A DNA stretch of 64,000 nucleotides from contig OZ316893.1 of NCBI GenBank assembly GCA_973895155.1, positions 4,508,490 through 4,572,489 of the forward strand, read 5' to 3'. This document shows positions 50,487 through 64,000 of this stretch, piece after piece; the stretch's first letter is position 1, and the number at the start of each line of letters is the position of its first letter. This DNA comes from Marsupella aquatica. Taxonomy: Eukaryota > Plantae > Marchantiophyta. The translations under genes and the position numbers were made by a program. The notes beneath the pieces were generated by a model. It ran no database searches and was not told the origin of the DNA. It saw only the letters and a program-made list of their open reading frames with translations.

Positions 50487-51569
50487 CACTAGTAGAAAAC
50501 AATGTATTTTATGACCAAAACAATGACTATTAATCAGGTCTTTTTAACAAAACAATGACGCAATTGTTCTCGTCTTTCCAGACACGTCACAACGGACATT
50601 TTGGTCACGGTCCTTTTGGACAAATGACGCTAAAAACATGTGGTCATTTCATACTATCCTAAATGACCGTTTTTATGATATGGTCATAAATGTTGAACGG
50701 TCCAAAATGACGACACAAATCACCATCGACGGTCAATTGCCGTTGACCGTCGATGGTCCCCGTACCCAATCACACAACGACACGTGGCAATAAAAAAACT
50801 AATAACATTGGTCATTTTGGACAGTCCAAAATGACGTACATTATATAACAAATCAAATAGTGACACGTGGTTCAAAGAGGATTCACCATTTGGCAATATA
50901 TTTGGGTCATTTTGGACGTGTCCAAAATGACTACAGTATAAACAAGTCATATTGAGACACGTGGTTCAATTGGGAGAAGACACGTAAAGATACACATTAG
51001 TCATTAATGACATGTCTTGAATGACATAAAGTGAGTCATAGTGGACTTGTTTATAATGACCATGAGAAAGGTCATTGTATATGTCATTCTTTGAATCATT
51101 TAGTCTATGTCTTTAATGACCAGAGTTGAGTCATATTGGTCACAAAGATAGTTGTGAATAATGACCATTACATCAGTCATTCTAGCTAGTCATTTAGTCA
51201 TTCAAGCCAATCATTCAGACGAAGTATTCAATGATTTGGAGAAATTCAAATTTAAGTGATCATGATAGATAAAACTTGATGTCAATCAAAAATCATATAT
51301 TACAAAGCCATTCAATAGAGTTGCTAAATGAAAACTTAAAGAAACATTCGATATATATCACAAATCCAATTGATATTCATACAAGATACCTTCATAAGTC
51401 TCACGGTAAATATTGAACTCAATGCAAATTTATGAAACAAAATTACATTGACATCAATAATATTAGATTGTCAATTGTTACAACCTGACATACCAATCAC
51501 TCTGCATGTTTATAGAAAAACAGAGTTGTCATTCTATCATGTCTATTGTTTCTTGATAGAGTGCTATTT

Positions 51570-54453
51570 CTATTGCTTCTTAAGCAATCTAGAGTTCCAT
51601 AGGGCATTCATCCCTTTCACATCAGATAATTTAGACTGGTTCTCCCCTGAATTGGCAAATGGCAATGCCACATCTACAAACACTTCAATCACACGCACTC
51701 GCAAGAAAGGGCTTTCAAAATCTGCACAATGAAACTTATCTTCTCCTGGCAGCCCTGTCACCTCACCTTCTGCCACTATCATGGAATTGTCCACAACGCT
51801 CTTCATCTTCACCAAATCTCCTCTTGCAAACTGTGAACAACACATTTTGTTAAAAATGCAATAAACAGAAATTGAAAGATAGAAGAACACTCAAATCAAA
51901 CACACATTTACCTTTGCAACGGGGTTAGGAGACTGCATTGGTTTCTTCTGTGCAGGTGATGCATTTGCTGAGGATCCTTTCTTCCTTTTCTTCTTTCCCT
52001 TTCTAGTTGATGGAGTGTCATCCTGTTCACTTGGAATGGGAGTTTCTTTTGGCAACTCAGATGATTCTGGGGTTACATCTGGTGTCAACTGAGTCGACTT
52101 ATCCTCTGGCAACTGAAAGACATCTGAAATGGCTTCTTTGGGCAACTTAGATGGCAAAAGGTTCACTTCCAATTCAGTTTGCTTTAGAGTACTGTTAGCT
52201 GTGTCAGTTGGTCTTCCCTGCGACACAGGAGGCTCCCCTAAAGATGCTGTCATAAAACACACACAAAAGAAATGCATAAACAAACATGTATACACCAGCA
52301 ACATATAATCACACTAAAAACATGCAAGAACATTATAAACATGCAATGACATATACACATCACAATAATTACATTGAATGGACAGTGTATACATGATAGA
52401 GAATTTTACCTTCATTATCGCCTGAAAAAGTAAGAGATCGCTTTCTACTACCTTGTTTGGTAGTTGTAGTCAACTTACTGTGACTAGGCACAACTGTTGG
52501 AACTTGTGCATTACTGGGGTGATGTGCCATCCACGTAGTCATCATGTTTGTCAACTCCCTCACAGTGCCTTTCAACTCAGCGACATCCAATTTCACAGCC
52601 CCAATGGCAGTGATCTCTTCTTTTGAATGTGGGGTCTGTAAATGAACCACAAACCAACACAACAGTCTCACTGTCAAACTTACAAACGACACAACACTGG
52701 CTCTGTCAAATGGAGAATGATGTACAAATCAAATTGGTATGACAATACTCACAGCTGATCCATGTCTGTTTCCTTGCCCCAGTAAGCTAGCACTTTTACC
52801 CTCCCCACTTGCCAATGATGGGCTCACCTTTGCTCCCACAAAACTACCAGTCTGACCTTCTGCACTTGCCAATGATGGGCTCATTGTCACCTTTGGCAAT
52901 GAACCCTGACTACCATGGTTTTCTTTCAGGTCAGATATACCTGGGCTTGATCCTCTCTTCTGCTTCTGTTCAAACACACAATGAATGAGAAATCACAGAG
53001 TTTGTTTTCATCAAGATTCACAAACAAGACAGAATTGATAGTGAAAATGATAGACAATTTACCATTCTCTTTGCTGCTGCAGCATGCCCTCCCCTTCCAA
53101 AGTGAGAGGTATCTTGCACTCGTGCTCTTTTATCAGTCATCTGTTTACTCAAAGATATCAATGCTGGACTGGTAAAATGAGATACCAAAGCTGCCCATTT
53201 CTTTGGATCAACACCAGATGGCCCAAGTTTGGTTGGATCCTCATTGCAAACTTTCTTCCAATAAACATGCATTTTATGGCGCTCTCTCTTCAATATGCCA
53301 CGACAATGACTCTGGAATTTGGTGTTAATAAATTCCCCACCCACATACTCCCACTCAGCTGCCATGTTATTCCACACTGTGGTTGTATGAACTTGTGGAT
53401 GATCAGTCCATTTTGGCTTTGATACATCAAAGACTCTGAGTACGTTGCCACGAAGTTCCTCCAGCCAGTATTGTTTGTTGCCATCAGAATCATCAATATC
53501 ATTGTCATAAATCTGCATTTCATAGACAATGTCAGATCATAACTCTGGAATTTATGCAGAGTCCAGGTTTTATACACACAACAACAGAGAGGATCAGATT
53601 TGTCTAAATCTACAAACAAGTACAATACTCACTTTAATGTGTTTGGGCACCTCTCCGCAATCCCTTCGTTGTTTGGCAGTATTATCAAACTGCTTCTTAG
53701 CATGCCTTCGTTCCCTGCGCATCTCAGAGGCCCCTCCTGCAATGCACACACATGCATTCAATCAAAAAATATGTACATGATTGAAAAGTTGAGCAAATGT
53801 ACTTGCATATGCAACACGAGCAGATTGTGTATTACCTGAAGATCCTCTGGAATGTAGTACATCAGATTGACCTGATCTGCCTTCAGATGCTGATGGAACC
53901 ACTAAACAAACACACAACACCAAAGCACTTCAATTAATTTCATTTCCAAGTAGAATATCAACTTCCAAACACACCTGAAAAGTAGAACAGTACAATCCAC
54001 TCACTTTCATATAAGAGTCCAGTGTCTGGGTCTTTCCAACATCTCACTAGCCCACCTCCACCAGGCCCAGTCTTCTTAGGACCACGATTTTGTTTCTGTA
54101 CCTACATCATGGACAACGTAAGCATATCAACATATAATTTGAAAAAGGGACAAGGATCCCTTCCTATTAGGATGATGAAGTTCAAGCATTACCTGTTGTG
54201 CACTCTCTGGTTCTGACCCTCCAATGTCAGAATCCTCAGTGTCATACTCAGAAGGAGAACCATAGCCATCATCACCAAACTCTGCCATGTTCACCTTGGT
54301 AACTTCTGATAGTCTAGAGCTCCTCCTCTTTGGCAATGTTTCAGTTGAAGTACCTTTCACCAAAGCAGGCTTTCCTCTCTCTCGTTGTACATGTGTGGTT
54401 GGGCCTCTAAGGAACAAAGCAATCATCAACATACACCAATGCAGATCAAACAT
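51570..54453 (-). CDS. tnpA: CACTA TnpA-like protein (multi-exon; boundaries approximate)
   Basis: Exon 53018-53518 (PSGVDPKKWAALVSHF...SKQMTDKR...SHFGRGGH, Transposase_24-like) and last exon (IVAEGEV...RVRVIEVFVDVALP...ALW). Confidence 0.75.
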
Positions 54454-54835
54454 ACATGCAAAATGAATCTACAACACCATAACACTAGTACTTATGTACA
54501 GGATCCATACTAGTATGAGACCAATCTGGAATATGAAAACAGAACATGAACCTGACAACTCCATCTACTGAATCAAATTTGCAATAGACATATCAACACA
54601 CACATCAGCTTGCAGTCTGGCCCCAGTCCTAGATCACGCATAATTCTGACATTATGCTCTATGTTCCGATTTCGGGCCTCCTCATAAGGATTCACAGAAT
54701 GTGACAACCCTTGCAATCTTCCTTTCACAGGCTGCATTCACCAACTGCACAAATGGATAAACCATTAGTCTGATTTCATAAATAGTCCATACATGTAGTC
54801 CATCTATGGACTTCACACACCTAGCTAAAACCTAT

Positions 54836-57800
54836 TCACTGCTTAGGCCTGCCCTTTCTTGCAGATCCCTCTGCATCTCTGCCTCGTTTGGGACCAGTAC
54901 TTGGTCCTGGATTTTCTCTGGACCTACAGGCCTTAGCCAATTCGATGTGTAATTTGACATTGTTTTCCATTGTAGCATGGAAATCAACGTCTGTGTAATC
55001 ACCTAACACCCTTGTGGACCTGGATTCTTTGTGGAGGATTGTTCTCCATGCTATCCCCTTCTCATTGGGGTGGAAGAAAACCTGCTCCACTTGCTTTGGG
55101 AAAACGTAATCCATTTTCTTGGACACACCCAGTTCTCTATGGAAATTCACCTGCCAAAGACCAGACTTGGTATACCTCATACTGGCAGAGGATTTAGGAG
55201 TCCATGATGGATCTGCCCATTTCCCTTTGAAAAGAATCACCTCTTTCCTCAAGCTGCCATAATTCAGTACCAAGATATCTGTCAAGGCCCCTACATACTG
55301 TACAGATTCTTCTATGGTTGCACCAGACCTGTCCACTCGCTTCTCAGTGAATGTAGAAGCCATCCCAGAATCAAAAGTGCTGAAAGCACCAGAATCACAA
55401 TCACTCAAACACCCCAAGGATGGAATAGTCCTCCAATGGTGCCCATAGGCTCTACATGCCCTATACAGTCGTGCCTTCAAACTAGGTGGTGTGGAGTATG
55501 CAGATAGTAATGACCGCTCAGACTCTTTCTCAAAATTATGGGTATTGACTAATGTTTGAAACCATTCCCTGAAAGGTGGCAATTCTTGGCAGTCTACGGG
55601 AAATTCCACTGGTTTTCTTCGATTGGCAGGCTTCCTCATCCACTCCTTCCGGAAATCCACTCTTCGTTTGGTAACAGTCTCATTGGTAGCATCATATATC
55701 CTGCATGGCAACAACAACACTGAAGACATTAGTGCACGATCCACCATGAATATACAAACACAATGGGGAAACATAATTATGATCCATATGCCTAAGGATA
55801 GGAGAGTTTCTAGGGTTTATGTACCTATACCATGGAGCCACTGTCTCTTCATTCTCTAATATATAATGATGCATGGCCATCATTTCAGACCAATCCAAAG
55901 TTATCGCCTTTGCAGCCCCTTCCAAAACAATGCTTGCAACGCCAGCATCCTCCTCCAACTCCCAGGTTCGTTTTCCCTCTCCCTTTGCATCAATCATGTA
56001 TTCAGAAAGAAATCCCAAAGACTCATCTAATACATAGCCTTCAGCCATAGAAGCCTCTGGACGTGCCTTGTTTCGTACATAACCCTTCAATACCTTCAGG
56101 TTCCTCTCTATTGGGTACATCCATCTGCCTGTAACTGGGCCACACAAGTCTAATTCCTCCACTAGGTGAATCATTAAATGGGTCATGACATCAAAGAAGC
56201 TTGGTGGAAAATGGATTTCCAAAATGCAGAGAGTGAATGCAACATCCATCATCAAATTCTCATACATTGAAGGGTCCCACACCTTCGTACAGATCTGGCG
56301 ATAGATATTGCTCACCCCAGCTATGGCCAAGCGAACCCCTTCATCAAGTAATCCCATTGTTGCCAGAGGGAGAATCTGTTGCATGAGTTGGTGGAAATCA
56401 TGTGATTTCAACCCAGAGAGTTTCTTGGATTTTGTAACACACTTTGCCAAAGAACTTGAAAAACCAGTGGGCCCTTTCAAGGTCAATAAAACCTCCAAGA
56501 ACCTTGTTCTTTCCTTCTTGCTCAGGCAATATGGGGCTGGGGGCATCAACAATTTGTCATCCTTACGCTTGGGAGCTGGATTGGGTACAAGCCATAGGTG
56601 TTGGCGCACCTGTAAGAGCTTCATGTCTTCTCTCACAGAAGGAGTGTCCTTGGTCCCAATGATAGTGTGCACAATGTTGTGTGCAAGATTCTTCTCACAG
56701 TGCATGGGATCTAGACAATGGTTAATGAGTAGTTTCTGCAGTGGACACACAATTCAGAAATTAGGGCATTGAATACAACTTTTGGCATCACTGGGCAGTA
56801 GTTTGTGCAGTGGACACAATTCAGAAATTAGTGCATTGAATACAACAATTACAAAATCTGGGCTACAGGAAGTATATGAAGAGAATATATTTCAAAGTCA
56901 TATGAAGAGATTGCAGAAATTCATTGTAGTAGTATGGAGTCTTACATTCCAATAGGGCAACTTGTACAGACCAGTAGCCCTCTTCACTCCATGCACCTTT
57001 ATGGGGCATTTCTCATCCTCAACCTTGGTTCCTCCCTTCTTCAAATATTCTGTTGTCTCGTCTCCCCACTTCTTTCTATCAGAGCTTGTCATTCTACACG
57101 GTGCAGGTCGACTCTCAATTGCACCATCAAAGTATTGTGCACTATCTGGTCTACGAAAAAGATGCCTTGTTGCTAACCATCGACGGTGGCCACTGTACTC
57201 TAATTTCTGCAAGTGCTTAGAACCACGTGCCACACATTCTGGCCCACAGATGACACATCCTTTGTATCCAGAGTGTTGTTGTCCAGATATTAAACCATAT
57301 GCAGGGTAATCATTGATTGTCCACAATAGCACAGCCCTAAGGTTGAAGTGTTGAGACAATCCTGGGCGTGGCAATTTGTCAAAGCAGGGCACTCCTTTCT
57401 TCCACAACAGCTCCAACTCCTCATAGAATGGGCCCAATATTATGTCTAGCTGTTCCTCTGTTACTGAATCAGGTCCTGGAATCAGCATAGCTAGCATGAC
57501 AAAGAACTTCTTGGTGGTAAGCCAAGGAGGTAAATTGTAATTCAACAACAGTATTGGCCAGGTAGACCAAGCTGTGGAATTATTCCCAAAGGGATTCACC
57601 CCATCAAGTGCCAACCCAAATCGCACATTCCTTGGTTCAGCTGCAAATTCCCGATCAATATTTGTATCCACATGCTTCCAAGCCTTTGAATCTGCTGCGT
57701 GCCGAACCATGTTGTCTGTGCTTCTATTCTCATGATGCCAAGTCATGAGTTTAGATGTACCAGCAGTGGCATACAATCTCTTCAACCTGGGAATTATAGG

Positions 57801-58829
57801 GAAATACCGCACTACCTTCCTTGCCTGTAATGAATTCCCCACTCTCTTCATCTTGGGCTGCTGACACACTGAACAGTTTTCTAACTTGGCATTCTCACCC
57901 CTAAAGAGCATACAACCTTTCTCACAGACAGGGATTCTCTCATAATCCAAGCCAAGCTTTCTCAATAGCTGCTTTGCAGCATATAAGTTCTTGGGCAGAT
58001 TATGCTCTGTAGGCATACCATGCTCCCCCATCAAAGACAACAATGCATTCACTCCTTTGTTTGAGAATCCATGGCCATGACAGATGTTCAGCAGAAGCAA
58101 CATGAATGACACAACATCTATTTTGCTGCCTGGGAACAAAGGTTGCATTGCTGCATCTAAAGATAACTGTGCAGGATCAGTCTCCACAGGAGTTTTGGAG
58201 GTTTCAAGGGGGTTTACAGGATGGGCACCTCCTTCACTCTCATCATCCCCAAGTACAAAATCCAAGTCAAAACGGTCCTGATCATCTAGCTCATGCTCAG
58301 GGGATTCTTCACTGGTTCTCAGCAACGTTTCTTCCAGTAGAGCCCTGATATGTTCTTCGACATCTATAGTTGGATGTTCTTGAACATCCACAGTTGGATA
58401 CTCTGGAACATCCACAGTTGGATACTCTGGAACATCTACAAATAAATGTTCTTCAACATCTACAGTTGGCTGTTGTGCACAGGTTGCCTGCTGAAGGTTT
58501 GCTACCCTCAATGCCTCAGGGCCATGTTGTGACATGTAGTCAGCACCCCACTCTTCATCAGAAGAGTCCTGTCCCTCTCCCACCCACACTCGACATGCAG
58601 GGTACCGACCATGTTTAATAAGGTGCAGTCTAGCAGTATTCCGATTAGTCCTATAATTCCCTTTGCAGTTCACACAAGGGCAGTACATCTTATGGTCCCC
58701 ACTCTTGTGGCAGGCCTTCTGTTCTCGAACCCACAAAGCATCATCACGATGTTGTACTCTAGCTGGATGGAAGAGCGGCAACTTTGGAGTTCTACCCACA
58801 CCTAACGTATTCTGTGGCAATTGTGCCAT
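54836..58829 (-). CDS. tnpD: CACTA TnpD transposase (3 exons)
   Basis: MYCPCVNC; RHAADSKAWK; EPRNVRFGLALDGVNPF; WTINDYPAYG; LDPMHCEKN; GLKSHDFH; PPSFFDVMTHL; WMYPIER; DUF4216-like LFKGKW...QVEQVFF. No internal stops in the three ORFs. Confidence 0.93.
58360..58470 (-). repeat. 24-bp in-frame repeat encoding (VDVPEYPT)n within TnpD
   Basis: PTVDVEEHLFVDVPEYPTVDVPEYPTVDVQEHPTIDVEEH. Confidence 0.8.
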
Positions 58830-59426
58830 GCTAGCTTGATTGAAATTGTATTCAAACTATGATTTTCAAACTGAATCAGAGTGACATGCATACAAAATTG
58901 GGCCTACCGTCACAGTTGTACAACCGATGCCAACCACAGTCCAATTGCTCAAACCCACAGAGCCCAGTTTCTCAAATCCACTGTAGTAGGGCACCTTCTC
59001 CTTGCATACAAATAGAGCATCACATACAGTGTCATCAGAATGATACTATGAACGTAAATCTCTGTGCCTTCATCATTTCCAGTATTTGTTTGCCTATTAG
59101 GAATGTGAGCAGACAGGTCTGGAATAAGTAACGTTTGTGACACCAGTGACAAATTTACAAGTGAAGTTTAGACATCAATATGGAGGAAAGTCACACTCAA
59201 AGTACATGCTTGAAAATCAGAATCCTACCCTGGAAAAGATAATAAAGTTGATTTCTCAAAATTAATTGCCTCAATCCGCAATGCACTGTCGTAGAGTGTG
59301 TATACATGAGGAGTTCATCAAACTGCATATAAATAGTCCACATGTTTTAGCACTCTGAAAATTGTTTAAGTCCACGTGAAACCATCAAAAAGCTCTATCT
59401 CAAGTTTGTGTTCGATCCAGCCTCAA

Positions 59427-60086
59427 TCAAATCCAAGATATGTGGCTCCTAGCAGGAGTGCCTAGTGTAGGGTCAATGTCATGGTCAGGACAGTAAAACA
59501 TCCCCTTCTTGGGCTGCCCATGCGCTGAGTGATCCCAAATTGTTCGATCATGGGCAAATCCCCTCTGCTGGATAAACAGCAGGCAGTCTTTGTGCCATGC
59601 CTTAGGACACCTCATGCACTGAACCAAAAAGCCATTAGCCCCATCATTGGGCCCCTGTCCACAAGTAAGACAAATATGGAGTCCACATGATGCTGTGCCA
59701 GGAACCAAACACTGCCGACAGTAAAACCGGGCACAGAGAGAGTCTGGACATTTTCTTACCTCTTCACCAATTTTTCCAGACACATGGCACTTAAAGCAAG
59801 AATGTTCCTCATTCTTGCAATCAACACAAAGCCATTCTCCAACATGGCCATCAGCGAGGGATATAGTTGGGCATAGCCATTGCTGACCCAAAGGACAGGA
59901 AACATTCTTATGGAAATGTCGGTGGCAAGGCCCATCACAAACAATGAGATCCCCTCCCTCATCACAAATCGCACATACATGTGGACTATTCTGGTTAATC
60001 TCAATGTCTGAATATAAGGACAATTGAGGTGCTTGAGAGGATTCACCTCTGCAACGATTCATGGCCTTCTGCTTATTGCGAGCCAT
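59427..60086 (-). CDS. Stand-alone EDM2-like multi-PHD finger protein inside the CACTA
   Basis: CAICDEGGDLIVCDGPCHRHFH...WLCVDCKNEEHSCFKC...C..FYC..C...CGLHICLTC...QCMRCPKAWHKDCL...FYCPDHDIDPTLGTPARSHI. Confidence 0.88.
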   Translation of the reverse strand: MARNKQKAMNRCRGESSQAPQLSLYSDIEINQNSPHVCAICDEGGDLIVCDGPCHRHFHKNVSCPLGQQWLCPTISLADGHVGEWLCVDCKNEEHSCFKCHVSGKIGEEVRKCPDSLCARFYCRQCLVPGTASCGLHICLTCGQGPNDGANGFLVQCMRCPKAWHKDCLLFIQQRGFAHDRTIWDHSAHGQPKKGMFYCPDHDIDPTLGTPARSHISWI

Positions 60087-62454
60087 GGTCCTGCACACTC
60101 AGACCCTACATCAGATTGTGAAACAAGAAGGAATAACAGGGTGCAGTATGACACAAAAGAATGAGGGTGCAGCATAAAATATGACATGTAACCACAAGGG
60201 TGCAACATAAACCAATGCTTTATAGATGGCAAAGCATTTAGGACTGAGCAGCGCAAATAACCTTGGCCTAGATGATTGGAAGCAATCACAAATATTGCAA
60301 CCTGTATGCCTTTGCTTGCTGTACAGCAGTGCTCACTCACCCTGCCTTTTTAAAATCTGTAAGGGCAACACAGAAAAAATAGCAATTGAGTTTCAGCAAA
60401 GCATTCATTTGGCTCTCAAGTTTTAAAATGGACAGAGCAAACACAACAATGTGCACAACAAAGCACAGAGAGCAACAAAACTCCAGCAAACTGGGACTCA
60501 GGCAAGAGATACGAATTTTAGCAGCGAAATCAAATCAAGATTCGGACCTGTGAGTTCAACATGCAGTGCTCACTCACCCTGCCCTTTTTTAAATCTGTAA
60601 AAATCAAGTTTTATTGTGTGCCTTCTACATCTTAAGCTGCTGCACACATCTGTTACAGAACCATAAGTTGCTTTACTCTCAACAAGCTGCTGGTCCACCC
60701 ACTTTTTCAAAAGCTGCACCGTACTCTATCTTCGTGCACAAATGACTATACCGGGCTGCTGTCAGAGACCCTTACGAAGGATTTAAAATTGACCAAGCTG
60801 ATTTTAGTTTAGTTTTGTCCAGTTTGCAGACCAAAGGAAATCATGTGGCTGTATTCATGGAGTTGTATTCATTGCTGTGTATGGATGTTGTGTGAACATC
60901 AGACAGTTAGCTGTAAATTACCATAGTTGAAGAGCAAGGCTTGTACAAAAGCCACTAAGGAATTCTCTGAGGTGGCACAGCAGTTGGCAAACCACACACG
61001 AAACTCTGAAACTTTTTGGCGACAAAATTCTACAGAGTCGCTGCTGGAATCAAGTGAGGATTCACCATACATGCTTGCACTTCTCTTCAGTAAAAAAAAG
61101 AGAAAAGAAAAGGGCTATGATACAGAGGGATGTCAAAAGAAGAGTAAGGAAACCAATTCATTGAGGAACATAGACAGACTAAGGAAAACATCATACAATG
61201 GAAAACTAAGGACTACATTGTAATAATAAGAGATCAAGCTCACCTTGCACCACAAACATTGTCAGACGACAACAAGACAACAAACTGAATTGAACATAGC
61301 AGACAAATCCAACAAGTAGCAATCAGAAATCAACAGCAGACAGACAAAGGACAACTTGGTCAGAACTCGGGCACTTGATTCAGTTGTGGTAAATAGCTGT
61401 TCAGGTTCTGGACAAGCAAGAGCAATACGTGAGCAGACTCCAGAAAAATCATCTCTTGAGATTGAGGAGAAAGGCATTTCCCAGCCAGCTTACTTATGTC
61501 TTGAAAAATGTATCGGACATCGTGGACGCTGGGCCTCAGCTGCTGGCCGCAAGGGAAGATTTTGCCAAAACAAACAATAAAGCTCGAAGATAGTTAAATT
61601 TCTTAGGTCTTTCTAAATGGGGACTGAATTAGCAATTAGAACCAGTAAACCCTGATCTTGGGCAGGCAGAGAGAGAAGAGTCCGCGCCTAATACTTATGT
61701 CTACCCGAATTTTACTGGGACATATGAGCATTGGGATGCCATTGCAAAGCAGAATTTTGTAGCAGTGGAAGGAATCAACATAGATAGCAGTGGAAGGTCG
61801 CAGTGGAGCTAGCATGGTACAGGGAAGGAAATGCAGGCATTGTGCGAGAAAGTGCAATGGCTAGTTCTATGGGATTTCCTTCTCCAATCCATGACAGTGC
61901 CGACGACACGCACAACTGCTACAATCAGTGCGCGTCCAGGATGCTCCATCGCATCACGTCAGGGAACTCAACATTCTAGACATTCGAAAACTGCATTCAC
62001 ATTTCTCTGCAAAGGGAACTCAACATTGTAGACATTCAAAAACTGGTGCAAAACTCAGGCACTTAGAGAGAGAGGGACAGAGAGAGAGCGAGAAAGAGAG
62101 AGCAAATAGTCTCTTAGCAATCGGAGCTTCTCTGTCATTGCCATAAGCATACTAGCAGACACTAAGCAACAGAACAAGAAGGCAACATTGGATTCATGGA
62201 CTGACAGCACATTGGTAGCACATTGGCAAAAGCAAAGCAAAAATGCAGAATGAACAAATGGCCAGAAGGGGAAGAAGCGCAAAATTGCACAACTGACCTT
62301 CTCGCACCTCAGCCCAAACTCGCTCCCACAGATATAAGTTCTCGCAGCTCCTTGATGGAACCTCCTGTAGGTTCTCGCCGATTGCAACTCCTCACCCACA
62401 GCTTCTTGCCGATTGTAGCTTGCTGCTGATTGCAACTCGTCGCTGATTTGCAGC

Positions 62455-62603
62455 TCGTCCTCCGCTCCTCACCCGCAGCTTATCGCCGATTGTAGGTCGT
62501 CCTCCGCTCCTCGCCCGCAGCTTATCGCCGATTGCAGCTCATCCTCCGCTCCTCACCCGCAGCTTATCGCCGATTGCAGCTCATCCTCCGCTCCTCACCC
62601 GCA
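62455..62603. repeat. 42-bp GC-rich tandem repeat x ~3.5
   Basis: TCCGCTCCTCACCCGCAGCTTATCGCCGATTGCAGCTCATCC units. Confidence 0.85.
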
Positions 62604-63174
62604 ACAATGACAAATGTAAAGAAGCTATTGCCTTGACCCTGCAATCGGGCACTCCAAAGCCCGAATGTCCTCCAAAGCGCAGGGTCCTCCAAAGAAGCTC
62701 CCAAGTCCTACCGAGGTGCTCCGCCGACCGCGCGCAACAAGCTCAAAAACAATTGTAGCCTGAATGGCTTCGGGTCGGAGCTCCTCCTCTAAACCTTGCA
62801 AATGGTCACTAAAACAATGCCACGTCCAACGCTTCACTCAAACAATGCCTCACCCAATGCTTGCCCGAACAATGCCTCGCCCAACGCTTCGAAGGGTGTC
62901 GAAGCTTGGTGGAATGGAGCACAACGCTGCGCAACCCTAAGCCCTTGCAATGTGCACACAAAGGCATGCCAAGAAATGAGCACATCGAGCGTTGCCCTCT
63001 CGATGTTTTTTCAGGAAAAAGGGCTCCTGTTGGTACGCAAGAACACTTAGCGGGAAAAACCTAATGCTAGACCCCTAAAGCCCGTAAAGGTAAGGTATTC
63101 TGTTGGATGGGGATGGTGGATATTGTGGGTCATTAATTAGGGTTATATTCTGACAATATCTCTCACATGTCTGG

Positions 63175-63357
63175 ACCCCCCATAAGGCCCTAGGGAAGTT
63201 GAGACTAGGTTAATAACAATGTAAACCCCCCCCCCCATAAGGCCCTAGGGAAATACCAACTATAGAGGTTAATAACAAGGTCCGGACGCCCCCATAAGGC
63301 CCTAAGTAGGGAAGGCAAGGTTAATAACTCATAATGTCACGACCCCCCCCATAAGGT
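63175..63357. repeat. ~57-bp tandem repeat x ~3.5
   Basis: CCCCCATAAGGCCCTAGGGAA...GGTTAATAAC units. Confidence 0.8.
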
Positions 63358-63499
63358 CATGGCTGTTTGTGTAGGTGCCAACAAGAATGTTAAGGACCAA
63401 TGTTATATATAAAAAATGATGCTAGCGATATAAAAGGTCCGATATATGCCCGCGATATAAACCCATAACCCGCATGCATGAACACCATTTTGGACTACC

Positions 63500-64000
63500 T
63501 TATTGTCTCACCATATGATAGTGATACTCATCCAAATATTAGCATTTAATAGCTCTCCACTCCTGACTCAATTGAGAGAAACCCTCATTCATGACTCAAG
63601 CACAATTATAGGGTCCCTTACATGCTACATGACCACTACATATGAGGCTATGTTGTGTAAGAGTTTTTGAGAGCATTACACCAAAGCATTAATAAGTGAG
63701 CCTTCCCATGACTATATGACCTCCAATATGCCAACATTAATGGCTTCCAATATGACAGCGTGAGTGACCCCACGTTTAGTCCTCAGATTGAAGCACCATT
63801 TAATTCACAAATGACCCAATGAACTCCCTTGTACCTCCAAAGAGAACCCCCCAATAGCCTTTGTAAAGACCACATTTCCAGTCATTTGGTACTTCTGACC
63901 TCTAGTATGACAACCAAGATTACCCTAATTTGAGGTGTTTCCATTAATGACACACCATGAGGGACCTCTCTAATGACCACATATGCAGTCAATTGCTCCA
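63500..64000 (-). repeat. Start of the ~570-bp CACTA internal repeat array (degenerate)
   Basis: ATGACACACCATGAGGGACCTCTCTAATGACCACATATGCAGTC matches units at 46540 and 47960. Confidence 0.7.

Larger units (their letters stand above)
50487..64000 (-). mobile_element. Autonomous-type CACTA/EnSpm element, runs off the window
   Basis: CACTAGTAGAAAACAA terminus, homologous to the reverse complement of the 43330 end; encodes TnpD, TnpA and a PHD gene; ~570-bp repeats resume near 63500. Confidence 0.9.

Overview
Eukaryotic, plant-type, transposon-only region with no intact host gene seen; a non-seed land plant is my inference. It is a nest of elements whose order can be read from target-site duplications (TSDs). 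(i) A family of DNA transposons with CTCGGGGGGGTCACT termini, 8-bp TSDs and a P-element/THAP9-like transposase: a fold-back copy at 856-13446, a complete TSD-bounded copy at 20704-46466, and two MITEs. (ii) A Sola1-like DDD transposon region (13447-~20530). Its opposite strand carries a decayed gene with a ParB/Srx-like domain, a bacterial-style beta-class DNA amino-methyltransferase (N6A/N4C) and a Ulp1-like protease, plus an intronic array of palindromic repeats. (iii) A full-length L1-type LINE (25090-46143) whose ORF2 is split by a 12-kb non-autonomous CACTA. (iv) A second, apparently autonomous CACTA from 50487 to beyond the window end. The most notable signal is transposon-borne chromatin cargo: the ParB-MTase-Ulp1 gene, stand-alone EDM2-like PHD cassettes in two unrelated superfamilies (P-like and CACTA), a Pol-lambda-like BRCT domain, and a 59-nt tRNA-like cloverleaf just downstream of the P-like transposase. 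All family assignments come from motif recognition by eye, not database searches.
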